Counted from the stretch's first letter, positions 14,536-30,356 are shown. The stretch: DNA of 64,000 bases from Octopus sinensis (GCF_006345805.1 NC_043007.1:27280001-27344000); one strand, 5' to 3'. Translations and numbers: made by a program. The notes: generated from the sequence alone by a model not told the origin.

Positions 14536-14895
14536 AGAATATCGTTAGCACGCCGGGCGAACTGCTTAGCGGTATTTCGTCTGCCGTTACGTTCTGAGTT
14601 CAAATTCCGCCGAAGTCGACTTTGCCTTTCATCTTTCGGGGTCGATAAATTAAGTACCAGTTACGCACTGAGGTCGATGTAATCGACTTAATCCGCTTGT
14701 CTGTCCTTCTTTGTTCCCTCTGTGTTTAGCCCCTTGTAGGTAGTAAAGAAATAGGTATTTCGTCTGTCTTTACGTTCTGATTTCAAATTCCGCCGAGGTA
14801 GACTTTGACTTTTATCTTTCCGGGATCGATTGAATAAGTACCAGTTTAGCACGGATGTCGATGTAATCGACTTAATCCCTTTGTTTGGCCCCTTC
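14536..14895 (+). mobile_element. SINE family C, internally duplicated (dimeric) form
   Basis: Two successive GGTATTTCGTCTG..GTTCTGA.TTCAAATTCCGCCGA.GT.GACTTTG..TAAGTACCAG..GTCGATGTAATCGACTTAATCC units. Same dimer at 18320. Confidence 0.85.
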
Positions 14896-15260
14896 TATGA
14901 CAATCTTCTTTGTCCCCTGTAAAAAATTTGGAGAAAATACTTAAGACTTAAAAGATGCAGAGCAAAACAAAACACTTTCCTTCACAACCTTGCTACTAAG
15001 AAAGGAGCCTATCAAAATCCATTCTACATTCTTCAAAACGAGAAAGCGAACACAGAGATAAAGCATAGAATTATCCATTCCATTCCCTATCTATCTATCC
15101 ATGCCCTTGAATGCAGATTTAATAGTATATCCAATTTTCAATCTAACAAATCGTTGAACAACCTACTAAGCTATTATGCTGTCTATTTCTCAATCCATTC
15201 CTCGTTCTGTATATACAGAGAAACATATATCCTTTTCAATGTATACATATTTCTCTTTCA

Positions 15261-15299
<39 letters not shown>

Positions 15300-15724
15300 A
15301 ATCCCTCTCTCAGTCACTACTGTTGCTCAATGAACATAACCTTACACACGCGTACACACATGCATACATTAACGTATGAATAACTGCATGGATATAAATG
15401 GATATATAAAATTCATAACATGTATTACCGTATGTAAAGTCAGTTTTGCTACAGACGTGACGCCAAGCCTGCTGTAATCCGACGTCTATCTGGCGTGAAA
15501 CAGAAATATATTACAGAACGACATCTCGATAAATTCCATATCGTAATAAATAATATATTACCTACCATACTCCTTTCGTCGTATATATTACAATAATATT
15601 CGCATATCTATGTGACAGTTGCTATGTACACATATGCGAATATACATACATACATACACAGATATATATATATATATATATATATTATCTATATATATAT
15701 ATATATAACATATATATTATATAT

Positions 15725-15784
<60 letters not shown>

Positions 15785-15853
15785 ATATACATATGTATGT
15801 ATATATGCATATGTATCTGTCTGTATGCTTATACACACAAATTTTTATACGTA

Positions 15854-15930
15854 TAGGCGCAGGAGTGGATATGTGGTAAGAAGCCTGCTTCCCAGCCACA
15901 TGGCTCTGGTTTCGTTCCCACTGTGTGGCA
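15854..15930 (+). mobile_element. SINE family B, 5' head only
   Basis: AGGCGCAGGAGTGGATATGTGGTAAG..CCACATGG..CCCACTG matches the head at 62041. Confidence 0.7.
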
Positions 15931-16218
15931 TCTCTCCTTCAACATATGTGGCGGAATTTATCTCCTTTCACAAAAGCGGTAAATTTTGCATTACTGTTTA
16001 TTATTATTATAATTATCATTGTTGTTATTATTTTGTATTATGAATTTAAAATTGATTTCCCAGTTGAAGAATAAATTGAAGTTACAATAACAAATTTCTA
16101 TAAAACATATTTTCCATTTGTCTTCCAATATATCAGGAAAAAAATTCAGCCCCGCCCAACGCTGGGTGCTTCTGCTAGAATATATACATATATATATATC
16201 ATATATATATATATTATA

Positions 16219-16256
<38 letters not shown>

Positions 16257-16337
16257 TGTATATGTATATATATATGTGTATATATATATAATGTATATAT
16301 TATGTATGTTATGTATGTATAAACATATGTGTGATAT

Positions 16338-16389
<52 letters not shown>

Positions 16390-16682
16390 CACACACACAC
16401 GTATATATATATGCGCATGCATAAATGAAGTTTGTAGGATCCGTTTGGTAAAATGGCAGAACGTATAACACATATTCCGTAGATGTTGGTTAATTTATAT
16501 AACGTGGAAATATTTCGTGTTTCAACATCGATTTTTGCATACAGTGCCGCACACTGATGAGACGGAGAGCAAAATTTCATTGTATTTCTACTACGGTTGT
16601 GTAATTATATCGATATTTTGTTGAATCCAAAGGGTTTATGTTCAATAAAGCTGTCAATACAAAACTCGTGTTCTGTTCATAT

Positions 16683-16898
16683 ATGCTGAAAAGTTCCTGG
16701 CTTTAAGGGAATCGTGAAAAGCCTGATCGAGGTCCAATTTTCCGAGATGCTTTATAGGGCTTAGAAAAACAGAAGGGCGGCTGGTATAATTGTGTGAATC
16801 TGAGAGGGTACAATGTTGAATAAAATCATTATTTACTGATCATTCTGTATTTTCTTTTATCCAACCCAGAGCTAGGAACATTTCAGCATCCCTCGAAT
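16683..16898 (+). mobile_element. Mariner-derived MITE, copy 2
   Basis: ATGCTGAAAAGTTCCTGG...GGAACATTTCAGCATCCCTCG, colinear with 9723-9941. Confidence 0.75.
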
Positions 16899-17371
16899 AT
16901 ATATGAACGTAATATTCTTTCATATGTATGCCCGTGGTTAAATATAGGTAATATACCGATAGTGTAATACATACTTCTATCCATTATAGATAATTATGCC
17001 CCTATATATATATATATATATATAGTTGCTATTAGGTTAAACTGTCGTATGTCCGAATTTGGCCAAATGCGTTCTTTTCAATAGTTATTTTTGCTTGCAA
17101 TAACCGATTCTTTTGGTCAAACTCTCGCAACTCCAGCTGCTTCAGATGCCAGGATATCAAAAATTGTCAGTGTTGTACAACAGTTTTGCTATGGAATGGT
17201 GGAAATATATTTTCCTTTTCTGAAAAAAGCAACGTTTTGGAACTTGCGACACTTTTGCATAATAGCAACGATTTAAATGATAGATTCTGTCGTCGTGAAT
17301 GAGAAATTACGGTGGTTTAATGGATATTCATAGATACATATAAATAGCATGCATATATATATATATATATA

Positions 17372-17444
<73 letters not shown>

Positions 17445-17489
17445 GTATGTATATATATATATATAGATATTATGTATATTATATATATC

Positions 17490-17529
<40 letters not shown>

Positions 17530-17539
17530 TGTATGTATG

Positions 17540-17570
<31 letters not shown>

Positions 17571-18319
17571 CATATTTATATACATACATACACATAGGTA
17601 GGCCGATAGGTAGGTTAGGAGGGAGAAACTTACATAAATTTTTCCACACGTTGTGATGCGAATTACATTCATTCCCAAGCAACCAAATAACAGAGTGCAT
17701 GGTTACAAACTCTTATTTTTAATTCTATTTTTATTTATTCGTGTATTACAGCAATTCCTGCGAGCTCATTTCCAATGGGAATAGAAACTGTTCTTATGAG
17801 TTCCATTTTCTCACGCCAATCCACTGTATTAACAAACCGTTAGCCGCCATTTACCAGGAAGTCCTCGCAAGGTTCTACCGACCGAAGATAACAAGACGCT
17901 TGTACCTGGCTGTGATATATCACTGCCTCACCATTATTAGGCATCTAACTACCTGGAGGATGTTACAATTATGACAATCGGCATTAGATATTCGATTTTT
18001 AAATTATAGGATATTATTCACATCATTAATAATTGCCCAGAATTATTTAGAGAAGGGTTTACATTTCCATATTCGAATGTGTTGCTCTTGTAGCGAAGTT
18101 ACTGTATTTAGTGATTCAATGTGACATATCGCAAAATGTGCGACCAAAATATGCTGTTGTACTAATATTGATTATATACACAATTACAAGTTGAATTCTT
18201 CCATTACAAATTTCCTGAATTATAAATGCAACAGAACAATTGCTAACAATTCCGTTCAAAATGTAATGCACATCATGTGTTGTTGTAGAATATATTTCCC
18301 TGTCAAAGTAAGTTACAAA

Positions 18320-18690
18320 AGCGGTGAGGTGGGAGAATCGTTAGAACGCCGGGCGGAATGCTTAGCGTTATTTTGTCTGCCGTCACGTTCTGAGTTCTAA
18401 TTCCGCCGAAGTCGACTTTCATCATTTCGGGGTCGATAAATTAAGTACCACTTACGCACTGAGGTCGATGTAATCGACTTAATCCGTTTGTCTGTCCTTG
18501 TTTGTCCCCTCTATGTTTAGCCCCTTGTGGGTAGTAAAGAAATAGATATTTCGTCTGTCTTTACGTTCTGTGTTCAAATTCCGCCGAGGTCGACATTGCC
18601 TTTCATCCTTCCGGGATCGATTGAATAAGTACCAGTTTTCACTGGTGTCGATGTTATCGACTTAATTCCTTTGTTTGGCCCCCTTCTATG
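18320..18690 (+). mobile_element. SINE family C, dimeric form, copy 2
   Basis: Colinear with 14536-14895, including the internal duplication. Confidence 0.85.
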
Positions 18691-19001
18691 TTTACCTGAG
18701 AGGGCAGGTAGTATTTTAACAACTCACAAATATCAGCCATTCCCTTTCTTACACCGAACCATCCATATTTTGACAAAATATGAACAAAACGAAACGAAGG
18801 CAACGCTTAGTATTGTCTGCACGAGATTTCTCTGACAAATGGAAAAAAAATTACTAAATATGTTGAGATAAATTTATGATTAATTTCAATGTATTGTATA
18901 TACATCTCTGAATAGTCATACTTACCTGCACGAACTCAGAATTACACATAAAATGTACACAAAAATCTACACTAAGTAAATGTACATAAATTGAAATATT
19001 A

Positions 19002-19040
<39 letters not shown>

Positions 19041-19494
19041 CAAACATATATGTATATATTTGTTTATATTTATTTATATTTATATTATTTATATATGTAG
19101 TATATATATGTATATTATGATGTATATTATTACTTATCTATATATTTATATATATATAGATAGAGAGATAGATAGATATACTTCTATATAGATATATATA
19201 TATATACATTTGTATATGTAGATATGTAATATATCACATGTATTATATATATATATATTATATATATACATGTGATATATATATATATATATATATATAA
19301 TTCCTTTATACAATTGTTTGTGTGGTTCTATGTATGTGTATATGTATACATATATGTATACATGTATATATATGTATATATGTATATATAATATATGTGT
19401 GTGTACGTATATACATTTACATATATATATATACTACATATATAAATATATATATGCATATACATATATATCTATATACTATATAGAAATATGG

Positions 19495-19547
<53 letters not shown>

Positions 19548-20192
19548 GATGTTGTGTGTGTGTGTATATGCATGTATGTATTATGTGCAATGTATGTCTT
19601 CATAATGTATGTACTATAAAAATACCTGAAAAATATGTAATAATAGAGTTTCACTTGTTTTTTTAATTCATTTCACAAATGAAAACTTAAATACCGAGAA
19701 TAATAGATATTCTAATATATACATGTATATTCATCCATTATTCCTTATCTACAAAAGTATACTTACATAAATATAGGATTTACTATCTTCATTGTTGAAT
19801 GGTTTAATTAGCAATATTCATATTGATTTCAAACGTGATCAACAATGAAAGAACTACAAAAAGATGTCGTATATATCAGAACAATATTTAGTATTTTTAA
19901 TATTCTCCTTGCGTAATTCGTATTCCATAAAGACATAGAGACACAACTACAGTCATACAGGCAAGCTCACTAAAAGTTTGCTCTATGTTCATATTATATT
20001 CATGAGGATGTTTGTTTGAATATAGTCTCAAATAAAGATATACGTACGCACATACTAACAATAAGAAGGAAATTCTAATATTTCGTTACGTACAAGCATC
20101 TCGGCTCTACAGATATAAATCTATGTCCGCCTGTGTAGTCGTGTTAATATCTATCTATCTATCTATCTCAATATATATCTAATTGACTATAT

Positions 20193-20225
<33 letters not shown>

Positions 20226-20253
20226 CATACACATATAAAAACGTCACAATCCT

Positions 20254-20511
20254 CAAGCCTAGCTAGCTTCATGGGCTCGGTTCCCTGGCAGTTCATCGCA
20301 GTGTTATTCAAGAAACAGGAAGAGGGAGAATGAGAGAAAGTTGTGGCGAAAAAGTACAACAGTGGTCGCCACCACCACCGCTGCCGGAGTGTCGTGGAGC
20401 TTTTAGGTGTTTTCGCTCAATAAACGCACACAACGCCCGGTCTGGGAATCGAAAACGCTATCCTCCGACCGACCGCGAGTCCACTGCCTTAACCAGTGGG
20501 CCATTGCGCCT

Positions 20512-20515
<4 letters not shown>
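20254..20515 (-). mobile_element. SINE family A (tail type 1)
   Basis: Ends CCATTGCGCCTCCAC next to (CA)n. Body matches the 7447 and 27420 copies. Confidence 0.85.
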
Positions 20516-20546
<31 letters not shown>

Positions 20547-20979
20547 TATATATATATATAATATCATTAATTAATAAGGGTGAGAAGAATTAGATACTAA
20601 TTTAATAGTATGTCCATCAAAACCAAGGCCCAGTGCCTCGAGAAACCTGGATTTATAATATTTTATAATATATATAATTTTTATAAAAATAAATATAAGA
20701 GAATGGTCACTATGTGGCTCATTCCGCACTAAGAAATCCAAAAGGTTTCAACCAAAAAATAATGCTTCACATGAAAGTCAGTACGATTGTTAGCTCACAC
20801 GAACAGGGCAAATGAAAATAACAAAAATACAGATTATTTTGGGACAATTGTTTCGCTATTAATGACTTAATATTTTTATATTTATATATAATTATATATA
20901 TCTATATATAATATATATATATAATAATATATATATATATTATATATATATATATATATGATATATTATATATATATAA

Positions 20980-21215
20980 GGAGCACCACGACGACGAGGC
21001 GCCCAGCACCTCATGCGCTCAACGGAACAACCTGCTTGTAAATTTAACGTGTAAGTGGCTGAGCCCCTGTAAATTACAGGTGCAACTCATGTTTGCCAGA
21101 TGAGTGGACTATAGCAACGTGAATTAAATTGTCTTCGTCAAGGACACAAAGCGACGCCGGGAATTGAACTCACGACCCTAGGATCAAGAGCCGATTGCCC
21201 TAACTATTATGTTAC
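20980..21215 (-). mobile_element. Degenerate SINE with a different tRNA-like head and the type 2 tail
   Basis: CAACGGAACA.CCTGCT.GT.AA.TTAACGTGTAAGTGGCTGAGC is shared with 33860-33907. Head GGGTCGTGAGTTCAATTCC is B-box-like. Confidence 0.6.
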
Positions 21216-21647
21216 GCGGCTTCATAATGTATGTATGTATGTATTGTACAATCAATGTATGCATGCAAACATGTATAATTTTAACGCATTGCACATGCAG
21301 CAGAATAGCGATACATGCTTGTTCTGCATTTACCGAATTGCAAGCTAAATTGCATACATACATCTTTATAAATGCACTTCTACATACACAATGAACTTTC
21401 GAGGTTTACGTATCAAATAACATAGTAAATATCTCATATATACACCCATATGTGTATGGATATATGAGATATATCCATGCATGTTTGGATATATCTCTCA
21501 TATACTCTTCCCTCACACAACTATCCATCATCAACCCTTCAATCCCCTCCTTTTCTCCCTTTTTCTTTCTTCTTTTCTGTTTCATCCGATATATAATTAT
21601 ATATATATATATATATATATACATACATACATATATATATGTATATA

Positions 21648-21701
<54 letters not shown>

Positions 21702-21781
21702 CATGTATGTATATATATATATACGTATATATATAATTATATATACATATCTATGTATATAATATATATACATGTATGTAG

Positions 21782-21822
<41 letters not shown>

Positions 21823-21823
21823 G

Positions 21824-21858
<35 letters not shown>

Positions 21859-23044
21859 TCATGGGCATGTAAATGCACATATACACTATACTGCATTGGG
21901 TGTGTATGTGTGTATTACTATATATTTGTATACATATATATATCAATGTATTTATATATATCTATATACACACGCACATGCATGCATATATTTGTGTTTG
22001 TGCGCATCTGTTAGTGTTTACTGATTTGCGCACTTATATGTGCATCGAGAAAAACATTTTCGAAAACAGTGCCGTGCACAGCCACGCACTCTATCACACA
22101 CACACACACTAACAGATACATGCATTGGCACACGCATACGATCGCATATCACATACACACGAACACATACCCATATAACATAATCTGTTCAATTTGCGTC
22201 GTATCCGAAACTCCACCCCCCGCACTCTATACAAATCGAAGAACACCAGAACATCGCAATCCCAGCAAACAAACAACAATGCGAAAAACAAGGAGAGTGC
22301 AAGAATAATAGCAACAACAATGTCAAAAGAGAAGGAAAGGAAAAAAAAATCAACAATAACAACAACAAAATCAAATGATAAACCTAATAAATATAAAAGC
22401 GATATGATTGCGGAATCCTGTAAATAATCAATCACTCTATTTATTCAGGAAATTTAACAGAAAATCGATTAGTTTCTGCGTATGATTAGTGAATAGAGAG
22501 TTTTAGAAATGTTAGAATTTGTAGCTACAAGGGTAAGCGAAAGGTTACTCCATCACAACGGTTCTGGATCTTCCTTTGTCAAGTGATCCATAGAAATCTA
22601 AAGCGTTGGTTCCATTGTCAAAATATTGGTTCAGCAGGGATCGTTGAGATTACTGCTTGCACCAGTTTCTGTGTGTGTGTGTATGTGTTGTGTATATATT
22701 TGTTTATATATGTAGTAGAAGCATGTATGTATGTATTTGCGTTCAATATACGTATATCGTAATTACGCATACATATGCAAATATGTGTATACATATATAT
22801 GTATGCATATATTTAAATCTATATGTATATATGTGTGTATATATATACATACATATTATATATATATATTATATATATATAATTATATATATATATATAC
22901 ATTTATATAATATATACATAGACGTATACATTATATACATGTATATGCATAGATACAAATACAAATTATATATATGTATGTATGTGATATACATATTTAT
23001 ATATATATATATATATTATATATATATATGTACATATATATACG

Positions 23045-23075
<31 letters not shown>

Positions 23076-23077
23076 TA

Positions 23078-23128
<51 letters not shown>

Positions 23129-23332
23129 TTATATATATATTCATATGAATGGATTTGTGTTAGTATCACAGTATAAATTTGATATACATGTATTTAGGCA
23201 TATTAATGCACATCAAGGTTTGAGTGTATATGCTTATGTATATGTCTCTCTATATATATACATACATTATACATATTACACATACATTACATTATATATA
23301 TGTATGTGATATATATATATATATATATATAG

Positions 23333-23381
<49 letters not shown>

Positions 23382-23874
23382 CATATATATGAAATTTTTT
23401 CTGTGCTACTTTGCTATTTACATTTGTATTTGGTTTGTAGCTGTTGAATATTTCATTGTTGCAATTTCAATTTCCAGTCTCAGTGTGGTCGAGAATGCTT
23501 GAATACTAAAAAGCCGCTTTGAAATTCATGAATCTTTCCAATGAGATTCCATAAAGAGTAATTATTTCTTTCGTTCCTTATTCATTCAATATACAAACTC
23601 ATGCGGACTCGCTTATACGTACTTAAGCCAATACGTACATAACTGCCGCATTGCTTCGAATTATTCGTACGGCTTCTTACACACGCACACAAATACACAC
23701 ACACTCTTACACACAGAAGCACACAGGTTCATATACACACACAAATGTTCCTTCTCTATCCTTCCCTCCGATACCTCCTTTCTCTCTCGCGCACACGTAT
23801 GTAGATATATATATTATATATATATATATATAATATATATATATATATAATATATATATATGTATGTATATGTA

Positions 23875-24395
<521 letters not shown>

Positions 24396-24481
24396 ATGCA
24401 CCCGTATTTATATATGTGAGTGCTTGCGCATGTGTCTGTGCGCATATACGCACTTGCACAAATACACTCGTATCAACTCAC

Positions 24482-24522
<41 letters not shown>

Positions 24523-24605
24523 GCATATATATGTGTGCATGCGTGTGCAAGCGCGCGTGTGTATGCATGTATGCAGGTGTAGATGGTCTGGGTTTTGTTT
24601 GTGTT

Positions 24606-24654
<49 letters not shown>

Positions 24655-25169
24655 TGTGTATGTGTGTGTGTGTATGAGTACGCGTGTGAACTTGCGATAC
24701 GGAGAGACGTAGAAGTAGGTTCGTTTTCATCCCATCTTAGTCTTCATATGAAATTTCAGAAGGCGTAAACCTTTTGAATGTTCTTTTTTTTTCAAATGGG
24801 GTTGCAATAATTTATTTAAAATTTATATTACCGTTTTATTTCGTCGTTGACCCCTCTTTAAGAACTGCAAAAAAGAAATCAATACATTTGAAACCAAACA
24901 GAAAACGTGTACTAATTAGAAATTTAATGCTTATAGAAGTGGGTGTGGGCTTTCTAGAAACGACAGTTGCTTGTTGTTGACTCACGCCTGATATTAATGT
25001 CGCAATTAAAAGCCCTCTTTTAATGGTTGAGCATATTACTCAATCTGGTGTGTTTTATTTTTTGTCAATGCAGCACAAATCATGTGAAAAATGAGAAAAT
25101 GATGAGACGAAGACGTAATGAGTTGATGAAATGAGTACAGAATGAAAGTTATGAAATGGTGAATAGTGA

Positions 25170-25560
25170 TAAAATATGATATTTTCCCCCCTTCGATGTT
25201 TCACATAAATATATTGAGATGTCACTGACATCACAAATGTCATACCAAATTCTTTAGATATTGCTTCCAGATCCTTCAGAATTCTGTCGTTAATGGCTTC
25301 TGTCTTTTCACCATTCAAAGAACGCGCTAAACCTTTGCAGCATACTGCATTCCATGACTTTCGCTCACGGAAGCTGCATATTTTCTGAACATAAATATTC
25401 ATCACTAATACCACTTGACGGAATCTGGCTGTAGAATGTCGGGCCGCCCTTTTCTTTTGCTTTATTCACAGGGTTACATAAGATCATGTCGGCTCTGGCG
25501 AAATGCATTTTCCTCATAAATGTCCCCTCTTTATGCATCTGTGGCAATTTTTGTTAAAGA
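25170..25560 (-). mobile_element. Degenerate mariner transposase C-terminal fragment
   Basis: Fragments PTFYSQIP..DEYL and ILKDLEAISKEF..H..GENI loosely resemble PPYSPDL..D and L.AI...F...KC..G.Y. Disrupted. Confidence 0.4.
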
Positions 25561-25769
25561 CGGTATGTTTGATTCGGTGGCACGTTGATGACAGCATATA
25601 GGTAGAAACATTGATTCACTCAGGAAGAATATGTAACCGCAACTATAATTTTTACACATTTATTATATCAACTATTTCATTATGTGAAATTCTTACATAT
25701 TTATTATATTATGGGAAGGAGCCTGGCGTCGTGGTCAGAGTTTCAATCTCACCATCAGTCTGGTTGGAG

Positions 25770-25910
25770 TAGTACTTATTTAATCGACCCCGAAAGAATG
25801 AAAGGCAAAGTCGACCTGGGCGGACTTTGAACTCAGAACGTGGCGGCAGGCGAAATACCGCTATGCATTCCGTCCACGGTGCTAACGATTCTGCCAGCTC
25901 AACGCCTTAG
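25770..25910 (-). mobile_element. SINE family C monomer
   Basis: GTACTTATTTAATCGACCCCGAAAG.ATGAAAGGCAAAGTCGACCT.GGCGGA.TTTGAACTCAGAACG. Confidence 0.8.
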
Positions 25911-26655
25911 ATGATTTAAGAATCGCCCTTACACAATACTAGCCTTCGCGGCTATATACGTGTCTCAACCTTCACCGCTTCTTATCTGCACAGCATATCA
26001 TCCACCAAACGGTGTTCTCACCAGATAATCCCTTCCAAAATATACGTCGAAAAGTAACGAGTCTCCAACATACAGCACATTATATAATTAAGCGACACGT
26101 TATCTCTTAATTTCACACAGAAGCTTTCCAATTCCATTAAACAATCTTTCCATTTGAAACATTATTTCACCAGAATTACATATCTGAAATACAATTTCGT
26201 TTTTATGATACTGAATGGAGTTAGTCTTTTTACCGGATTTTTTTTGTATTGTAAGGATTCTACGAATTTTCTTCCATTTCATATGGTTTCAGAGTCGTTT
26301 TTAATGCTATGTATTTGACTACGCTTCTATAATTTCCTTTTGAGATATTTATTCCATAGATTTAAAAAAACACGTGAGTTTGTTTCTGCGAGTTTGATAT
26401 GTTAATTTGACAGAAATTGGTACGTCGTGTACAAGTTGAAAAGTCTCTTTATCTGCTTTTCTGTATCCCCTGTTTGTTGATGCAGGGCAATTATATAAAG
26501 TTTCGTGCATTTCCACACACACACATGCTATATATTATATATATATATATATATATAATGAAAGAGAGAGAGAGAGAGAAACAGACTTTTTATTTGGTTT
26601 ATATACACATGCAAACACACACACATATAGCATGTGTATGGAAATACATTAGATT

Positions 26656-26703
<48 letters not shown>

Positions 26704-27419
26704 TGTATGTATGTATAAATATGCATGTGTGCATGTATATGTCTGTATATATATATATATATATATAGAAAGAGATTTATATATTCATATGTATAAATAT
26801 ATGTGTGTATACATACGTATATACACATATATGTACACATATTAACTTCCAGCCATCCATACAAGCTTCCATTCACACATACTTATATACATAAATATAC
26901 ATTTTACATACATACATACATTATATATACATACATACATACGAAGCTTCATGTTAATAACTACCATTCACAAACATATCAGCTCCCATTGTGTTTACTA
27001 ATATAATGACTGTGCAAATCCCTGACATTTTTCTTATGGCGATTTATCTTGCATTTCGTTTTGTCTTTGTCTTTGTTTTTCTTTTTTTTTTTTCCTTTTT
27101 GCTACCCCAATTTTCCTAAGTACAAATGTACTGTTAATAAATGTTTGTTTTTAACCCCTTTTCCACCGCAAAATGATGCGTACCATAGTAATGCTCTCCC
27201 CTCATATCGATGTAATTGTCTATTAAACTTCATCTCGTTGTATGTGATGTATGTGCATAAGTGAAATTCATTCTCCCCTGATTAATTACTTCATTCGATT
27301 TTATTCCGACAGATTCATTTTGAAGAGAAAATTGGTTCAAAATTTCGGCAAAAGGCCAAACATTTCGGGATTGCTGGTAAGTCGATTACATGGATCCCAG
27401 CTTTGTTTTATTTATTTAT

Positions 27420-27722
27420 GCGCCCTTTTCAAGCCTAGCCAGGCTCATGGGTCCGATTTCCCGGTTTCTATGGCGTATATGTTCCCCCTATCTTGATGGA
27501 ACGCCAGTCCATCGCAGAGTTACCCAAGAAACAGGAAGAAAGAGTGAGAGAAAGTTGGGGCGAAAGAGTACAACAGGGGTCGCCACCCCCGCCTGCCGGA
27601 GACGCGTGGAGCTTTAGGTGTTTTCGCTTAATAAACACACACAACGCTCGGTCTGGGAACCGAAGCCGCGACACTCCGACCACGAGTCCGCTGCCCTAAT
27701 CACTGGGCCATTGCGCCTCCAC
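27420..27722 (-). mobile_element. SINE family A (tail type 1), inserted within a family C-like SINE (continues ~27730-27865)
   Basis: Full head to tail match with the 7447 copy. Confidence 0.9.
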
Positions 27723-28895
27723 ATTGATCTCAGTGCTAAACTGGAATTTACATTATCGACACCGAATGAATGAAATGCAATGTCGACCTCGAGAGTATTT
27801 GAACGTGAAGACGTACACTAAACAGTTTGGCTGAAGTGGTAACGATTCTGCCAGCTCGATGACTTGAAGCGAAATATTGACAAACACGAGGTCAATTACT
27901 CTTAAAAGATTGTTTTTGCTGGCGGCAAAATTAATTCAGAAAACAAAAATAATTCGTTTTAAACACCTGAAGAGTAAGTATGAAAGAGCAGCAGTAGACA
28001 TGACTTTGAAAGCCAACCTGATACAGACCTGAAGCAACTTTGAACTTACTTCTTTGTTCTTTATTTCCGTTTCCTTTTACCCAAGAAATATCCCCGGAGC
28101 TTTTTGTTGCCGCGTGTTCAAAGAATTCCCCAACCATGCGAATAACAATCAGAAATATTACAACAAGCACTGTGGTTCTTAGTTTTTGCCTCTAAGCTGA
28201 TATTATATATAAAGATAAATGATTGCATATTCACAAAATGTGTATTCTTAAATCCACTGCCGCCGCTGTCGTTTTTGTATTTTTGAGGGTGTTGTTGTTG
28301 TTGACGAACGCATAACAGAGACATGAACGAGGAATCCTTCTTCAAACACATACATGTCTAAATCATTATCCTTTTTATTTCAGCCAAGTCCAACGAATCA
28401 CAGTATTTCATTTCTCTTATATTTTTAATTTCGTACGTAAAATTCAAGAAAATTTTGCCTGCTTTTCTAGCACAGTCCGAAACCACATATTGATTTCTCG
28501 TTGATCCCAACGGGACTGAAGATTCAACGACAGGTCTTCCTTCATATATATGTATAGATGGAGTCGATATTTTTTGGTTATTTATCGTCTATTGTTTTGT
28601 TTCTAAAATATTGCTTTCGTTAAATTTATTCATCTTCTCATTCAACGATATTTATTATTGACATTTTTTTTTATTACCAGCTAATGAAGTGTTAATGTGT
28701 TTTACTGACATTAAATTCAACACTTTGATTTAACAAGTAATTCAACACTGAAAACATTGACAAGTCTCGCGATTTTTTCTTCATTTTATGTGGAACACAA
28801 ATGCACACTTTGACTAAGATAAACTAAGACACATATTTTGTTAACATATAAATCATGGAAAATAAGATCTTCAAATAACCATCAATACATGCACA

Positions 28896-28932
<37 letters not shown>

Positions 28933-30182
28933 TTTTTTAAATAAATTATATTTTGGCATGCAAGAATGAAAGACATACAGACAGAAAGGGACAGTGCAGA
29001 GGAAAAAAACAGTTTTGTCTGCTCGTGCATATAACATGCAATTCAACACAGAGATAGGGACATACATGTGCACACTCGTGCACGCAGTTATGCCCCTGCC
29101 CATACATATATCCCCATGTATGCACAGAAGTAATATCTATATATATATATATATATAAATAGTGGTCAGTCCTCTAAATTTTGTATGTAAAAGAATTGTT
29201 ATCTTCGGATTTATTAAAAATATGCTAGGCCACTGGTTTTAATTGATTACTATCAATTTCTACTCTTATTTTATTTTAAATAAACAAATGTTCTCTAGCC
29301 AGTAAATTAGCTGCTTTAGTTTATTAACTGCAGAATAATTTTCGATCTCAGCGCGCCAAAGTGAAGGCATTTGGAAGATAAACATAAATCTAAATTGTAG
29401 AACTGTATACATGTTGGATTTCGGTCGAGCGTTCTGTATCTAGTTCTGGAAATTGTGTTTTGTAAACGACAGACTATGCTGATGATCTTGCAGATGTTTA
29501 CGTGTCCATATATGTAAATATTAACAAGTGAAACTAATTAGTACATAGGTAATCGTTTTTTATATTTCGTATATTTTCATTTGTCTTTCTTATTCTTACA
29601 CTTTGGTTTTTAGCTGAATTTCTTCTTGAGAGCACATTCTTCGTGGAAAATGGCGATTTTTACGTCTATATCTAGCATACAGGCTGTCCCCTTTTAGTGG
29701 TCAGTTTTCTAAATTCTGTATATATATATTATATATGTGTGTGTGTGTTTGTGTGTATCATTTTACTCTTTTACTTGTAAAAACACAGCCATATAAATCT
29801 ATGTATATTAAAATACATCTTAATAGTCCTTCACTGAAAGGTGGAGATGAACAAATGAATTCTAAATTTAAATGGAAAGCAACACTTATACGCCTAAATT
29901 TTTAGTGTAATATTTTTTTTAACAATGGAGGAGAGAGTGGACGTAGCATTAACATGCGAAAACAGAAAATTCCTTAATATAGATAAGAACGTTCTACCAT
30001 CAAAACATAAGTTACAAGTGTATACTGTTGTTCTGCGTATCTATTTTCAAATTTTTCTTTGTCAACTTCAAGTATTCGATAGAATTTCTAACAAACATTC
30101 AACAGATATAGCATTTCTGAATTTTCAATCTAATTCAAAACGCCTCATTTATAGTATATATATATATATATATTATATATAT

Positions 30183-30219
<37 letters not shown>

Positions 30220-30356
30220 TGAGGGCATTATACATACATGCCAGGAGGCATGTATATACATGCCAAACGCTAAGAGGGACAATCAGTCATTTCTACCAAA
30301 AATATTACTAATCCCACCGAAAGCAATTTTTCAAAGTAAGACATTAAAAATATAGA

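Noticed and set aside
16550-16585. CTGATGA followed by AAAA
   Set aside because: No GAAA, no stem II and no NUH in register. Likely chance.
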